Below, piece after piece: positions 6,539-18,780 of a stretch of 64,000 bases of DNA. The notes beneath the pieces are model-generated. The model did not search any database and was not told the DNA's origin. It worked only from the letters and a program-made list of their open reading frames with translations. Origin of the DNA: Patescibacteria group bacterium. GTDB taxonomy: Bacteria > Patescibacteriota > Patescibacteriia > Patescibacteriales > UBA12465. Position 1 is the first letter of the stretch, and every line of letters starts with the position of its first letter. Made by a program: the position numbers and the translations under genes. The DNA lies in NCBI GenBank assembly GCA_034002925.1, contig JAVEZP010000001.1:711-64710 (forward strand). The letters run 5' to 3'.

Positions 6539-7474
6539 CTAATTTTTACCCAAAAACTCATCTATTTCTTTTTCTGCTTCATGAATATTGTCAATCCAAA
6601 CTATCTCTCTGCCTTGTTTTTGCCAACGCTTAAACCAAGTTTTTTGACGCTTGGCGAAACGATAGGAAGCGGTATTAAGTTGCGTTAGCATTTCCTCATA
6701 ACTAATTTTTTTGGTCAAGAAATAAGCAATAAAGCGATATTCTAAACCAAAAGAAATAAGACGCTTCCAAGACACTCCTTGCTGATGTAGATGTTCTACT
6801 TCAGCTATCATATTTTCATTTTGCAATCTATCATGCACACGCTTAGCGATTCTCTCTCGTAACTCCTCATCAGACCTCTCTAAACCGAGCACTAAAAAAT
6901 CATAGGGGCTGTCTTTTTTTTGATTAAGAAGCTCAGGATTGTCTAAAATTTCTAAATAACGCGCTAAACGTCTTGGGTTATTTCTTTCACTATTATTTAA
7001 TCTTAAAGCAAAATCTTCATTAATATTCTTTATTTTTTGCCATAAAACTTCTGTTCCTAGGGCCTCCCAGGCCTCTCTTTGTTTTAAATTACCTTTAACA
7101 CTACTTAAATGATAATTATCTACCACTGCCTGTAGATACAGACCGGTGCCACCCACAATAATAGGCAACTTGCCCCTGGAGAGCACATCTTCAATAGCTT
7201 TAAAAGCTAATTTTTGATATTTAGCGAGATTAAAATTAGTTTTTGGCGAAACTACATCAATCAGATGATAGGGAATATTTTGACCTTCAAAATTATACTC
7301 TTTTAAATCTTTAGCCGTGCCAATATCCATGCCTTTATAGACTTGACGACTATCAGCCGAAATAATCTCACCCTGATAACGAGCTGCTAAACGCACCCCT
7401 AAAGCTGTTTTACCAGAAGCGGTAGATCCTAATAACACAACTATTTTTGCTTTTGTAATCTGTTTTTTTATCAT
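6539..7474 (-). CDS. miaA: tRNA dimethylallyltransferase
   Basis: P-loop GSTASGKT; IISADSRQVYKGMDIGTAK; full-length family pattern. Confidence 0.9.
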   Translation of the reverse strand: MIKKQITKAKIVVLLGSTASGKTALGVRLAARYQGEIISADSRQVYKGMDIGTAKDLKEYNFEGQNIPYHLIDVVSPKTNFNLAKYQKLAFKAIEDVLSRGKLPIIVGGTGLYLQAVVDNYHLSSVKGNLKQREAWEALGTEVLWQKIKNINEDFALRLNNSERNNPRRLARYLEILDNPELLNQKKDSPYDFLVLGLERSDEELRERIAKRVHDRLQNENMIAEVEHLHQQGVSWKRLISFGLEYRFIAYFLTKKISYEEMLTQLNTASYRFAKRQKTWFKRWQKQGREIVWIDNIHEAEKEIDEFLGKN

Positions 7475-8778
7475 AAATTATCATCCAATACTTCTACTAA
7501 GTCAGCACTTAGACCAAAGCTTTTAACCGCTTTAACACGCAATAAAACAAAACGACCAATTAAATCTTGAGAACTAGAAAATTGCACACTTTTAAAACTA
7601 GAGGTTTTGCCTTGATAGACTCCTTTTTTAGTTTTACGATCAACTAAAACTTTTACTACTCTATCAACATAATCTTGATTAATTTTGAGACTAGTTTGTC
7701 TTAAAATATTTTCTAAAGTTAATTCTCTCTCTTTTTTCTCCAGTTCGCTAACATTGTCTTTCATCTTCCAAGCAACAGTTCCGGGGCGCGGGCTATATTG
7801 AGAAATATAAGCCATATCAAATTTTAATTTTTTAAATAATTTAGCCGTATTTTGAAATTGTTTTTTTGTTTCTCCAGGAAAACCAACAATCACGTCAGTG
7901 CTAATCGCAATGCCAGGCTTAGCTTGTCTAATTTTTTCAATTAAACTAATAAAATGCTCAGCTGTATAACGACGATTCATAGCTTGTAAAATATCATCAT
8001 CACCTGACTGAACGGCTAAATGGAGATGGTGACAGATTTTATCAGAAGCAGACATGACTCTAATTAATTCATCAGATAAATCTTTAGGATGGCTAGAAAA
8101 AAAACGCAACCAAAAATTTCCTGGCAAAGAGGCAATTTTTTTTAATAATAAAGGAAAATCAATGCGTCCACTACGATAACTATTAACATTTTGAGCAATT
8201 AAAACAATTTCTTTATAGCCTTTAGCTAACAAGTTCTCAACTTCTTTGATAATATCAGAAGAAGCGCGATATACTTCTCGGCCACGAGCATAGGGTACCA
8301 CACAATATGAACAGAAATTATTACAGCCATTACCAATAGGCACATAGGCGGTAAAAGAGCTGTAGTATTTAGGTGTAATGCCTAAATATTTTTCACCACT
8401 TAAACGTCTTAATTCTGTTTGACTGCTTGATGACTGATGATTGGCATTATGCAATAAAGCTAATAAATTAGGCAACTCATTAATGGGCATAAATAAATCT
8501 ACTTTGCCTTTTAATCTTTTCTGCACATCTTCCCTGTTGGCCAAACAACCAGTAATAACAATTTTAACCCTTGGATTAGTTTTGCGAATTTGATTCACTA
8601 AACCATAAACACGATCTTCCGCCGCCTGACGAATACCACAAGTAGTAAGAATTACTAAATCAGCCTTAATATAATTATCAAGTGCTTGATATTTATTTTC
8701 ACTTAAAAAGGCCTCTATTCTTTCACTGTCAGCTTGATTCATATGACAGCCAATTGTAATAATATAATAACTTTTCAT
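7471..8778 (-). CDS. miaB: tRNA methylthiotransferase (MiaB-like radical SAM)
   Basis: UPF0004 N-domain YYIITIGCHMNQADSE, radical-SAM motif GCNNFCSYCVVPYARG, C-terminal TRAM-like region. Start moved to the internal MKSYY (8778), which avoids overlap with the upstream gene. Confidence 0.85.
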   Translation of the reverse strand: MKSYYIITIGCHMNQADSERIEAFLSENKYQALDNYIKADLVILTTCGIRQAAEDRVYGLVNQIRKTNPRVKIVITGCLANREDVQKRLKGKVDLFMPINELPNLLALLHNANHQSSSSQTELRRLSGEKYLGITPKYYSSFTAYVPIGNGCNNFCSYCVVPYARGREVYRASSDIIKEVENLLAKGYKEIVLIAQNVNSYRSGRIDFPLLLKKIASLPGNFWLRFFSSHPKDLSDELIRVMSASDKICHHLHLAVQSGDDDILQAMNRRYTAEHFISLIEKIRQAKPGIAISTDVIVGFPGETKKQFQNTAKLFKKLKFDMAYISQYSPRPGTVAWKMKDNVSELEKKERELTLENILRQTSLKINQDYVDRVVKVLVDRKTKKGVYQGKTSSFKSVQFSSSQDLIGRFVLLRVKAVKSFGLSADLVEVLDDNL

Positions 8779-8782
8779 AGAA

Positions 8783-10579
8783 TTATTGAGCGAGTAATGT
8801 CTCATCATTTACAATCATTGGTTTAACAAGATATAAAGCAAAGGGGCCACGTCTTTTAATAGGCTCTATCTGTAAATTAAAATTTGGCAATTTTCTCTCA
8901 TTGAGATAAAGGAGATCTTTTTCCGGAAAAGCAAAATTATAATAATAAACCGGATAATATTTAACCAATTGAGAGATTACTTCATTAACATCATTATTAG
9001 TTAATAAGGCGCTAACAATCTTTCTTTCTGGAAACAATTGCTTATCATGATACTGAGTGATAATAATAGCCTCTTCTTCTGTGCTTTCTAAAATAGCAGC
9101 TGCATCTTGACGATCGCGAAAATGATTATAATATAGCGTCATTAAACCCTCCTCAGAACCGAAAAAAACAAAACTTAGAGAAATAAAAATATAAAAACCT
9201 GTTAATAATGACGCCATGAGTAGATAAAGATAATTTTGCCCTCGCAAACGCCAAGCTTCTAATTTAATAAAACGAGACAAAGAAGCAAATAACTTGGAAA
9301 AACGAACAATAAAAAAAGCAGCAAAAGGCATGGCCATAATATAAATTGGCAGCCAATAACGAGTATAAGAATTACCAATAGTAAAGCGGCTAGGATCAGG
9401 ATTATCATTAAATTGCCAACTACCATAATACAAAACTAAAATAACAGACAATAAAAACCAAGATAACAAATAAAGCACTGCTCCTTTTTTTGGTCTTTTA
9501 AGCCATTTAAAAGCAAAGATTATAAAACCAAAGGCAGTAAATAGACATAAGAGTGGAAACATTTTAATCACATAGTAATAAAACATCTCTAAAGATTGGC
9601 GTGGATGATAACCAAAATAAAAAATATTATCTTTCAACACTCGCCAAACATTTTCTAACCTAGAAATACTATTTTGCAAATTAATATGTAAAATTTCTCC
9701 ACTAGCTTGAGATATTTGTTGCAAAGAAGCATTCATCTCGCTATAACCACCGTAAAAAGGAGAAGAATAAAGTATTTGATTCCAGTAAAAAACTGGCAAT
9801 AAAGATAATAGCAAAGCAAAGATACCAGTAACAATCGTTAGCAAACTTAAACGCCGAGCATAAAATAGCCAAATCAATAAAAATAATGGCCCTAACCAAA
9901 TCAATTCTGAACTCCTACTAGCAATAGCGCCCCCTAAAAACAAACCAGACAAAAAAGCGGAGCCATTTGCAATCAGTGTTTGGCGATCAAAAGACCAGGC
10001 TAAAAAAGCTCTTTTTTTAATAATAGAATGCTTAATGGTTAATAATAAGAAATAAGCCGAGCCTAACAAAAAGACAACAAACAAGACGTTATGAAAAAGA
10101 CTGCGCACCGTGTAAAAAATATAAACCGGAAAGGAAGCTAATAAAATAGCGGCAATTAAAGCTGTTTTTTTACCCCAAAGCTGACGGACAAAGGCATAAA
10201 AGAAAATAATACCTAAAGTCGCAAAAAAGGGCGTAAAATAAGGAATAAGCTGAGGGCCAACTAACATCGCTAAATGAGCATAGAGCAAAATAATACCCAA
10301 AAAACTCACTGGCTTTAACCAAGCATGATCACTACGGATGCTACGAGGATGAACAATTTCTTCACCAAATAAATTTGCTTCTTCAAACACAGCAATATTA
10401 CCCTCACTAGCATAGTTGTTAATAAAAAAATAATTCGCTGTTTCGTCAGGTGATAAAAATTTAGTATAAGCAGAATCTTGCACGCTACTCACCAAAAAAG
10501 CAGTGCCCGCTAAAAATAATAGCGCTGTCAAAGCGACTAAGATATTTTCTAAATTTTTCCGCCACCAGACTGAATTCAT
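8783..10579 (-). CDS. Polytopic membrane protein, probable GT-C glycosyltransferase (ArnT/PMT-like)
   Basis: More than 10 predicted TM helices. First-loop acidic motif LSPDETANYFF, as in GT39/GT83 enzymes. Large C-terminal soluble domain. Confidence 0.45.
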   Translation of the reverse strand: MNSVWWRKNLENILVALTALLFLAGTAFLVSSVQDSAYTKFLSPDETANYFFINNYASEGNIAVFEEANLFGEEIVHPRSIRSDHAWLKPVSFLGIILLYAHLAMLVGPQLIPYFTPFFATLGIIFFYAFVRQLWGKKTALIAAILLASFPVYIFYTVRSLFHNVLFVVFLLGSAYFLLLTIKHSIIKKRAFLAWSFDRQTLIANGSAFLSGLFLGGAIASRSSELIWLGPLFLLIWLFYARRLSLLTIVTGIFALLLSLLPVFYWNQILYSSPFYGGYSEMNASLQQISQASGEILHINLQNSISRLENVWRVLKDNIFYFGYHPRQSLEMFYYYVIKMFPLLCLFTAFGFIIFAFKWLKRPKKGAVLYLLSWFLLSVILVLYYGSWQFNDNPDPSRFTIGNSYTRYWLPIYIMAMPFAAFFIVRFSKLFASLSRFIKLEAWRLRGQNYLYLLMASLLTGFYIFISLSFVFFGSEEGLMTLYYNHFRDRQDAAAILESTEEEAIIITQYHDKQLFPERKIVSALLTNNDVNEVISQLVKYYPVYYYNFAFPEKDLLYLNERKLPNFNLQIEPIKRRGPFALYLVKPMIVNDETLLAQ

Positions 10580-10672
10580 AAGTATAAAAATCTATTTATT
10601 ACTCTTAAATAGTAGCCAAAATTTTCCGAATAAGCAAGAAAATGCTATTATATAAATATCATCACCACTATT

Positions 10673-12595
10673 ATGAAAACTCTTAAATTTTTGTTCAATT
10701 TTGAAAAAATATGGATTTTCTTCAGCTGTTTAATTTTTAGCGGCGCTTTGGTTTATATTTTTTATCAACTTAATCTATTAGGCATTATTAGCGCTCTTTC
10801 TATAGCTATATGGCTAAGCTGGGCTGCCTATAAACAACTAAACAAAACCTCCCTCAAAGAAGAAAAAATTAGAACATCTTGGCACTTTCATTCAGCGGCT
10901 ATTATAAATATAATAAGTAATATTAGCCTAATTTTTATTTTAATAAGCAGTCGTAGCACCGACGCTATTATATCTCCTTGGACAGAAATAAAAACAATAT
11001 TTTTTATTTTCTTAAGCATTAGCACTATCACTCTCATATTAAGCTTAAATCAAGAAGCAGCAGCTAAATATAAAAAAATTATTTTTTCATCATATTTATT
11101 AGTCATTTTCTCCGTTGCCGCCATTATATATAAGTTTGGTTACGGCTTTGACATTCATATACATTTAGCCGCTCTGCAACAAATTGCTAGTGACCACCTC
11201 ATTCTACCTAAAACTCCTTATTATTTAGGACAATACAGCCTATTAGTCATGTTCCATCGCCTTTTTGGATTAAATCTAGAATTTTTAAATAACTATTTAG
11301 TGCCTGTCAGCGCTGCTTTATCTTTGCCTTATTTATTATCATATCTACATCAACATCGACATCAACCAACTAACGCCTGGTTGGCTAGTTTATTTTTAAT
11401 AACACTATCTTTTTCTCCTTTTATTGTGAGCACTCCACAAAATTTTAGCTATCTCTTTTTGTTGGCAACAGTAATATTTGCTTATAAACAATCCCCCTCA
11501 GTACTTACTATCAGTTCTGCTCTAGCCACAATTAGTATTCATCCTTTAGCAGGTATTCCTGCCATTATGATCGCTGCTTGGAGTGTGTTAGATAAGCATG
11601 CCCATCAATCTCAACTTATTAAATTAAGCCTAAAGCCACATAATATATTTATAACCACAACAATATTAATGAGCCTAGTAATCTGGCTAATATCTGCTTT
11701 TAGTCGCCTTAATTTTAATAGCTTTCATCTTGCTTTAAAATTACCAATGTTTCAAAACACTGATACTTATCTACTTAATTTAAGCTATTTTTTAATTAAT
11801 AATTATACCTGGTTAATTATTGCTTTAATAGCCTTATTGCTTATTTATTATAAAAAAATTTGGCAAAATAGAAGTCTGTCGGAACAAAAATTTGCCATTA
11901 TTTTAAGTGTCAGCGCCCTAGCTATTCTGAGCACTTACATTATTAGTAACTTTTTTTATTTTAATAATTTAATTGCCTACGAACAAAATGGCTACACTAA
12001 ACGTTTATTAATTATAAGCATTTTAATAGCTGTGCCTTTATTTTGGGAATTGTTCTATTTCTTAATAAAAAAGTTTCAAAAAACAACTTTAAAAAATAGG
12101 ATTATTTTAAGCATTGCTTTCGCTCTTATTATAATCACCAGTATTTACGCTTCATATCCGCGTTTAGATAATTACCACAATAGCCGCGGCTACTCTACCG
12201 GACAAGGAGATATAGAAGCTGTGAACCTAGCAGAACAAATAGCTAGTTCAAGCTCCTATATTGTTTTGGCCAATCAACAAGTAAGTGCGGCGGCTATACG
12301 TCAATTTGGCTTTAAAGGGCGCTATTTAATTGATCAAAATAATGAAGAAATTTATTTCTATTCCATTCCCACTGGTGGCGCACTATACCAATATTTTCTT
12401 AACGCCTCTTATCAATCAGCCACTAGAGAAAACATGCTTATGGCTATGGATTTTGCTAAAGTAGACAAAGCCTATTTAATCATTAATCAATATTGGTGGG
12501 CTAGTCAAAAAATTATTGAAGAAGCTAAAATCAGCGCTAACAATTGGTACAAAATTAATAATGGCAGTAATTATCTGTTTGAATATATTAGATAA
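10673..12595 (+). CDS. Polytopic membrane protein of unknown function with a C-terminal soluble domain
   Basis: Many hydrophobic helices across about 500 aa. No motif I can name. Confidence 0.4.
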   Translation: MKTLKFLFNFEKIWIFFSCLIFSGALVYIFYQLNLLGIISALSIAIWLSWAAYKQLNKTSLKEEKIRTSWHFHSAAIINIISNISLIFILISSRSTDAIISPWTEIKTIFFIFLSISTITLILSLNQEAAAKYKKIIFSSYLLVIFSVAAIIYKFGYGFDIHIHLAALQQIASDHLILPKTPYYLGQYSLLVMFHRLFGLNLEFLNNYLVPVSAALSLPYLLSYLHQHRHQPTNAWLASLFLITLSFSPFIVSTPQNFSYLFLLATVIFAYKQSPSVLTISSALATISIHPLAGIPAIMIAAWSVLDKHAHQSQLIKLSLKPHNIFITTTILMSLVIWLISAFSRLNFNSFHLALKLPMFQNTDTYLLNLSYFLINNYTWLIIALIALLLIYYKKIWQNRSLSEQKFAIILSVSALAILSTYIISNFFYFNNLIAYEQNGYTKRLLIISILIAVPLFWELFYFLIKKFQKTTLKNRIILSIAFALIIITSIYASYPRLDNYHNSRGYSTGQGDIEAVNLAEQIASSSSYIVLANQQVSAAAIRQFGFKGRYLIDQNNEEIYFYSIPTGGALYQYFLNASYQSATRENMLMAMDFAKVDKAYLIINQYWWASQKIIEEAKISANNWYKINNGSNYLFEYIR

Positions 12596-12621
12596 AAAAT
12601 CATTTAGAGAAAAGGTAAAAT

Positions 12622-12652
12622 AAAAAAACACTTATCTAATAAGTGTTTTTTG
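12622..12652. terminator. Bidirectional intrinsic terminator
   Basis: ACACTTA-tctaa-TAAGTGT, flanked by an A-run and a T-run, between convergent genes. Confidence 0.7.
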
Positions 12653-12689
12653 TTGTTTAACTTTATTAATATTTACAATCAGAAATTAT

Positions 12690-15068
12690 CTATTTCGTTT
12701 CTTGATAATTAAATACAGGACCCACTGATAATACTAATTGATCATTGATAGGATGTATCATGATTAATAATTTTGGTGCAAGAATTTTTTGACGCACCTT
12801 GGCTTTAAGAGCCTCATTAGTCCAAATCAAATTCTTGTCGCTACTCTTTTCCACTGAATACATTTTTGCAAAATCCCTAATTACCTGATTATCAGCCTCG
12901 TTTAGAGATTCTCCCTGTGCTTGTTTTGCCGCAATCGTTTGTAAATTACTTAAAACTATTTTTGCATCTTTCAAATAATTAATTGCCGAACTAGATCTTT
13001 CGTGAATACTTAAAGATTGAAACATAGTAATAATCATTTCATTGTGAGCTAAAAGTCTTTGATAAAACTCTAAATTAGGTTCTAGCCAAGCATAATTGAG
13101 TAAGGTTGAACCTGTAGACAAAGTACCACTGGTATTAATTTGCGTCCTAAGCACTATTTTATCTAAAGGTAATTGCATATCAATCCAAGACGCTACCACA
13201 CTAGCCGCCATTTGTGTTTTCCAGCTCTCAGTTTGTAAATAAGAGGGTAGATACTCATCAAAAGATTTTAAATAACTTTGCCAAAGCAATAGAGAAGACC
13301 AATAATTATTAATATTATTATTCATGACTTCTTGAACTAATGGCCTTAAGCCTGAAATAGCCTCATGATAGGCAGAATAATTACTATTTTCAATAAAACT
13401 TTGACCGCGCCAAGTATCATCAATTAAGAATAAAATATCCTGCGCAGAACCTTGACATCTTTGATATACTCCTTGCAACTTACAAGCGGTCACATTATTG
13501 GCTGGTATTTCTCGATCATCACCCTGATAATAACCAACGTAGGGATAACGTAAGTTGGAAAGAATAAAATTATTAGGCCAATAGAAATCAGCTAGAAACT
13601 GTAAACCAGCATAACGACGACCATCCCAGGCATTAATATTATAGGCTCCCTGCACTGGCAAAGATTGTCTTTCTAATAATTTTTGTCTCAAGCTTTCAAA
13701 ATTATCTTCTGCCTTTTCATTGTTTTCTGCAAAAATCTCATTAACCTTAGCTCCTTCTGGGAAAAGCGTTATAAAAGAATCTTGATAATCAATATAATTC
13801 CAAGCATCACGCAAACCCTTAAAAAAGGCCAAACTTTTATAGACTCGCGCCCATTCATTTTTTAAATCTTGAGAAATAGAAAAATCTTGAGCAATGAAGT
13901 TGGCAGCAATAAAATTAATACGCCAATCATCTTTATCTAACAAGCAATCAGGACAATTACTGTCACGATAATTTAAAGGAAAAGTAGAATTTAACCAAGT
14001 GGCAGCTAAATAAAAATTGTTTAAACGAGCATTATCACTATATTCTGTAGGTACTACAAAATTTTTATAATCTCTATCATATAATAACACTGGTGATTTT
14101 TGTGTAAGCTTGGCTTGATCGATTAAATCTAATTCCCGTAACACATCATCATTTAAATAAGAAGGAACAACAAACTCATATTTTTTCCTTTCCTGTTCAT
14201 TGAATAAACCAGAGCTAAAACGATTATTAGCTTCTATTTGATTATCATCTGGCTTTAATAATTCCAAAGAAACAGCAAAAAAGGCTGTCGCCAATCTCTC
14301 TCCTTCTAAAACCCGATCATTGACAGGTCCCGCCTCAGAAAGATGAGATTCATAACGTACACGAGCAATCTCATATAAAGCTTTATTAATATTCCACAGA
14401 CTCTCATAGAAAACATTTTCCTCTATTTCTTTAAAAGCTAATTTCAAGATACTTTGATAATAATAAGAGATAAAATCGGCACTAATATATAAAGGAATCT
14501 GACGCTCATCTAATAAATTAGCTAAAGCATATAAATTATCTGCTTCTTCTATCCAGGGATTATCAATTACTGCAAAACCAGATTGATTTAATGAGTTCAA
14601 ACTAGATTCAAGATCTAATTTTCTAGATATGTCATAATAGTTAGCCACATCTAACTTGATATTGATAGGTAAATTATAATTATTAAAATTAATTTCTTGA
14701 GACACTGCTTCTAAATTATAAAAATCAGAAAAAGCTACATACTCTACTCCTTCTAAATCATCAAACAAACCATTATCATTTTCATTAACATTATCAGTGG
14801 GATTTAAATAAGCGCCTAAGCCAATCTGATCACTGCTAGTGGCGAGCTCTAAATCCTCTGGATTATTTTGATTATTTTTTTTAAATGAAAAAGCAGGTAA
14901 AAAATACCAAATCAAGAAAATTAAAACAAATAATAAGAAAGCGACGATAATAAAAATAATAATTTTTTTCTTTTTACTGTTAGCCTCGTCATCTTGTTGA
15001 TTATTACCAGCTGGATCAATAAAATTATTAGCACTGCTCTCTAAATTTTGACTTTGTTCGTCAAACAT
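12690..15068 (-). CDS. Large N-terminally anchored extracytoplasmic protein, function unknown
   Basis: Single TM (IIIFIIVAFLLFVLIFLIWYFL) after an acidic N-terminus, then 700+ aa of soluble region. No recognisable catalytic motif. Confidence 0.5.
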   Translation of the reverse strand: MFDEQSQNLESSANNFIDPAGNNQQDDEANSKKKKIIIFIIVAFLLFVLIFLIWYFLPAFSFKKNNQNNPEDLELATSSDQIGLGAYLNPTDNVNENDNGLFDDLEGVEYVAFSDFYNLEAVSQEINFNNYNLPINIKLDVANYYDISRKLDLESSLNSLNQSGFAVIDNPWIEEADNLYALANLLDERQIPLYISADFISYYYQSILKLAFKEIEENVFYESLWNINKALYEIARVRYESHLSEAGPVNDRVLEGERLATAFFAVSLELLKPDDNQIEANNRFSSGLFNEQERKKYEFVVPSYLNDDVLRELDLIDQAKLTQKSPVLLYDRDYKNFVVPTEYSDNARLNNFYLAATWLNSTFPLNYRDSNCPDCLLDKDDWRINFIAANFIAQDFSISQDLKNEWARVYKSLAFFKGLRDAWNYIDYQDSFITLFPEGAKVNEIFAENNEKAEDNFESLRQKLLERQSLPVQGAYNINAWDGRRYAGLQFLADFYWPNNFILSNLRYPYVGYYQGDDREIPANNVTACKLQGVYQRCQGSAQDILFLIDDTWRGQSFIENSNYSAYHEAISGLRPLVQEVMNNNINNYWSSLLLWQSYLKSFDEYLPSYLQTESWKTQMAASVVASWIDMQLPLDKIVLRTQINTSGTLSTGSTLLNYAWLEPNLEFYQRLLAHNEMIITMFQSLSIHERSSSAINYLKDAKIVLSNLQTIAAKQAQGESLNEADNQVIRDFAKMYSVEKSSDKNLIWTNEALKAKVRQKILAPKLLIMIHPINDQLVLSVGPVFNYQETK

Positions 15069-15073
15069 ATAAT

Positions 15074-16000
15074 TTAAGGTAAATATTTATTTTTATTACG
15101 TAAATGCTCCTCATAGCTCACAGAATAAATAATATCCTTACTATTAGCTGGAGTTAGAAAATAATTATAATTAGTGTAAATCGGATAAATAGCCGCTTCA
15201 ATCGCTAAAATCCCTGGATTACTCACTGGTCCAGGTGGTAAATTACGATATTTATAAGTATTATACAAAGATTCTACTTGTGTATCAGCTGTCGAATATT
15301 GAGGCTTATTAATACCTAAAATATAAGCTAAACTCGCACAAGACTGTAGCGCTTGACCGTATTTTATTCTATCCCAGAAAATACCAGCAATAATTTTAGC
15401 ATCATGATTATCACCGGTCTTATAATTAATAGGCGCTTCTTTTTCAATTAAAGATGCCATAGTGACAATTTCAAAAATTGTTCTTCCTTGTTTTTTGATA
15501 TCAGCTCGCATCTGAGGTGTTAATCTTTGATCAAAGTTTTCCAACATTTTAACAATTAATTCTTCAGGAGTGGCGCCATCAGCGAAGATACGATAAGTGT
15601 CTGGATATAGATAACCTTCTAGGCCTTGATTTTTAGGTTTATCTTTTAAAAATTCAAACTGTTCAGAAAAATCTAGAGGCTTGGGCAAATCTTTTTCTTG
15701 ACTGTAATCTACTTGAGGAAAACCAGCTTTCTCTAAAAACTCCTCGCTCTGCCAAATACCTTCTCGTTCAAAATATTGTCCCATATCTTTATTGGTCCAA
15801 CCCTCCAATAAACGAACATTACGTTCAGGGCGTAACACTACAGGCTCTGCCTTAGGTTCAGGGCTGAAAATAACAGAAATTATTGGCAACTCACTAACAA
15901 TATTACGCAATACCGTAGTACCAAAAAACAAGCTAATAAAAATTGCACTAGCTAATAAGCTAAAAGCAAAAATTAATAAATATCGAGCTAATTTAAACAT
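15074..16000 (-). CDS. mltG: Endolytic murein transglycosylase (YceG/MltG family)
   Basis: N-terminal TM; ASLIEKEA, IAGIFWDRI, YNTYKYRNLPPGPVSNPG. Confidence 0.8.
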   Translation of the reverse strand: MFKLARYLLIFAFSLLASAIFISLFFGTTVLRNIVSELPIISVIFSPEPKAEPVVLRPERNVRLLEGWTNKDMGQYFEREGIWQSEEFLEKAGFPQVDYSQEKDLPKPLDFSEQFEFLKDKPKNQGLEGYLYPDTYRIFADGATPEELIVKMLENFDQRLTPQMRADIKKQGRTIFEIVTMASLIEKEAPINYKTGDNHDAKIIAGIFWDRIKYGQALQSCASLAYILGINKPQYSTADTQVESLYNTYKYRNLPPGPVSNPGILAIEAAIYPIYTNYNYFLTPANSKDIIYSVSYEEHLRNKNKYLP

Positions 16001-16009
16001 AAAAATTCT

Positions 16010-16465
16010 TTATTTTTTCTTCTTAGCAGCCTTAGCAATTAAAATAGAACTAGAACGAGTTTTTTTACCTAAACCATCTACCATCTTGATACCGTATTTT
16101 TTACAAATTTGATATTCAGGCACATCACCAACGCTTTTTCTATCACCACCATTAGCAAAAATATCTGGCCTTAATTGAGCTAAGGATTTACAGACTGTTT
16201 TATCTCGATCAATAGCAACAAATACCTGATCAACATCACGTAAGGCTTTAATAATTTTAACCCGATCATTTAAACTCATAAAAGGCACACTACCTTTTAA
16301 ATGCACTTGATAATCATTGTTAACTATAACCACTAATTTATCTCCTAGTTTTTTAGCTTTACTAATCATAGTTAAATGACCAACATGCAAAGGATTAAAA
16401 TAGCCAGAGACTGCCACTACAATTTTTTTACTTGTTTTCTTAACTTTTTTATTTTGATCAGACAT
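16010..16465 (-). CDS. Cytidylyltransferase-superfamily nucleotidyltransferase (RfaE domain II / TagD-like)
   Basis: HxGH motif in SGYFNPLHVGHL. Start moved to the internal MSDQNKK (16465). Confidence 0.6.
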   Translation of the reverse strand: MSDQNKKVKKTSKKIVVAVSGYFNPLHVGHLTMISKAKKLGDKLVVIVNNDYQVHLKGSVPFMSLNDRVKIIKALRDVDQVFVAIDRDKTVCKSLAQLRPDIFANGGDRKSVGDVPEYQICKKYGIKMVDGLGKKTRSSSILIAKAAKKKK

Positions 16466-16530
16466 ATTTTTTGAAAAAGTATATAAAATAATTATAGCAA
16501 AATAAAGCTTTTTAGCCAATTAATAAACAA

Positions 16531-16558
16531 AAAAAAGACCCTTTTCAGGGTCTTTTTC
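16531..16558. terminator. Intrinsic terminator after groEL
   Basis: AAAAAA-GACCCT-tttc-AGGGTC-TTTTT. Confidence 0.75.
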
Positions 16559-16574
16559 TTGATGATAATAAATT

Positions 16575-18251
<1,677 letters not shown>

Positions 18252-18545
18252 TTATTTTTCTAAAATAGCGACGACATCGCTTTCACTTAAAATAAGATAT
18301 TCCTCGCCATCAATTTTAACTTCATCAGGAGAATATTTTTTAAACATCACTTGGTCGCCCACCTTTAAACTCATGGGCACTAATTGACCATTGTCTTTTA
18401 TTTTGCCTGGGCCGACAGCAATGACTTCCCCTTGTTCAGGGCGCTCTTTATCAGATGAGCTTGGCAAAACAATGCCTGATTTTGTTACTTCATCTAAGGC
18501 AGCTGCCTTGATAATCACATGATCAGAAAGTGGTTTTAGTTTCAT
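18252..18545 (-). CDS. groS: Co-chaperonin GroES
   Basis: MKLKPLSDHVIIK...GIVLP...GEVIAVGPG. Start moved to the internal Met at 18545. Confidence 0.93.
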   Translation of the reverse strand: MKLKPLSDHVIIKAAALDEVTKSGIVLPSSSDKERPEQGEVIAVGPGKIKDNGQLVPMSLKVGDQVMFKKYSPDEVKIDGEEYLILSESDVVAILEK

Positions 18546-18642
18546 AAATTTATCAGGGCACAAAATTATTAAGAAACTCACAATATAAATTATGGTCTTG
18601 AATAATTTTGGCTAATATTATAATTTTATTTAAATGATATTT

Positions 18643-18669
18643 TTAGCACTCAAGAAGCAAGAGTGCTAA
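18643..18669. promoter_or_regulatory. CIRCE operator (HrcA binding site) upstream of groES-groEL
   Basis: TTAGCACTC-AAGAAGCAA-GAGTGCTAA, a perfect match to the CIRCE consensus TTAGCACTC-N9-GAGTGCTAA. Confidence 0.9.
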
Positions 18670-18780
18670 ACCTAGCACTATTGTAAAGCTTTTGCTAAAG
18701 CCTGTCAAGTATTTTTATACCATATTTTTATCCTTGTTTTAGCTACTAATATGTAGTAGAATATAGTTATTAAATAATTT

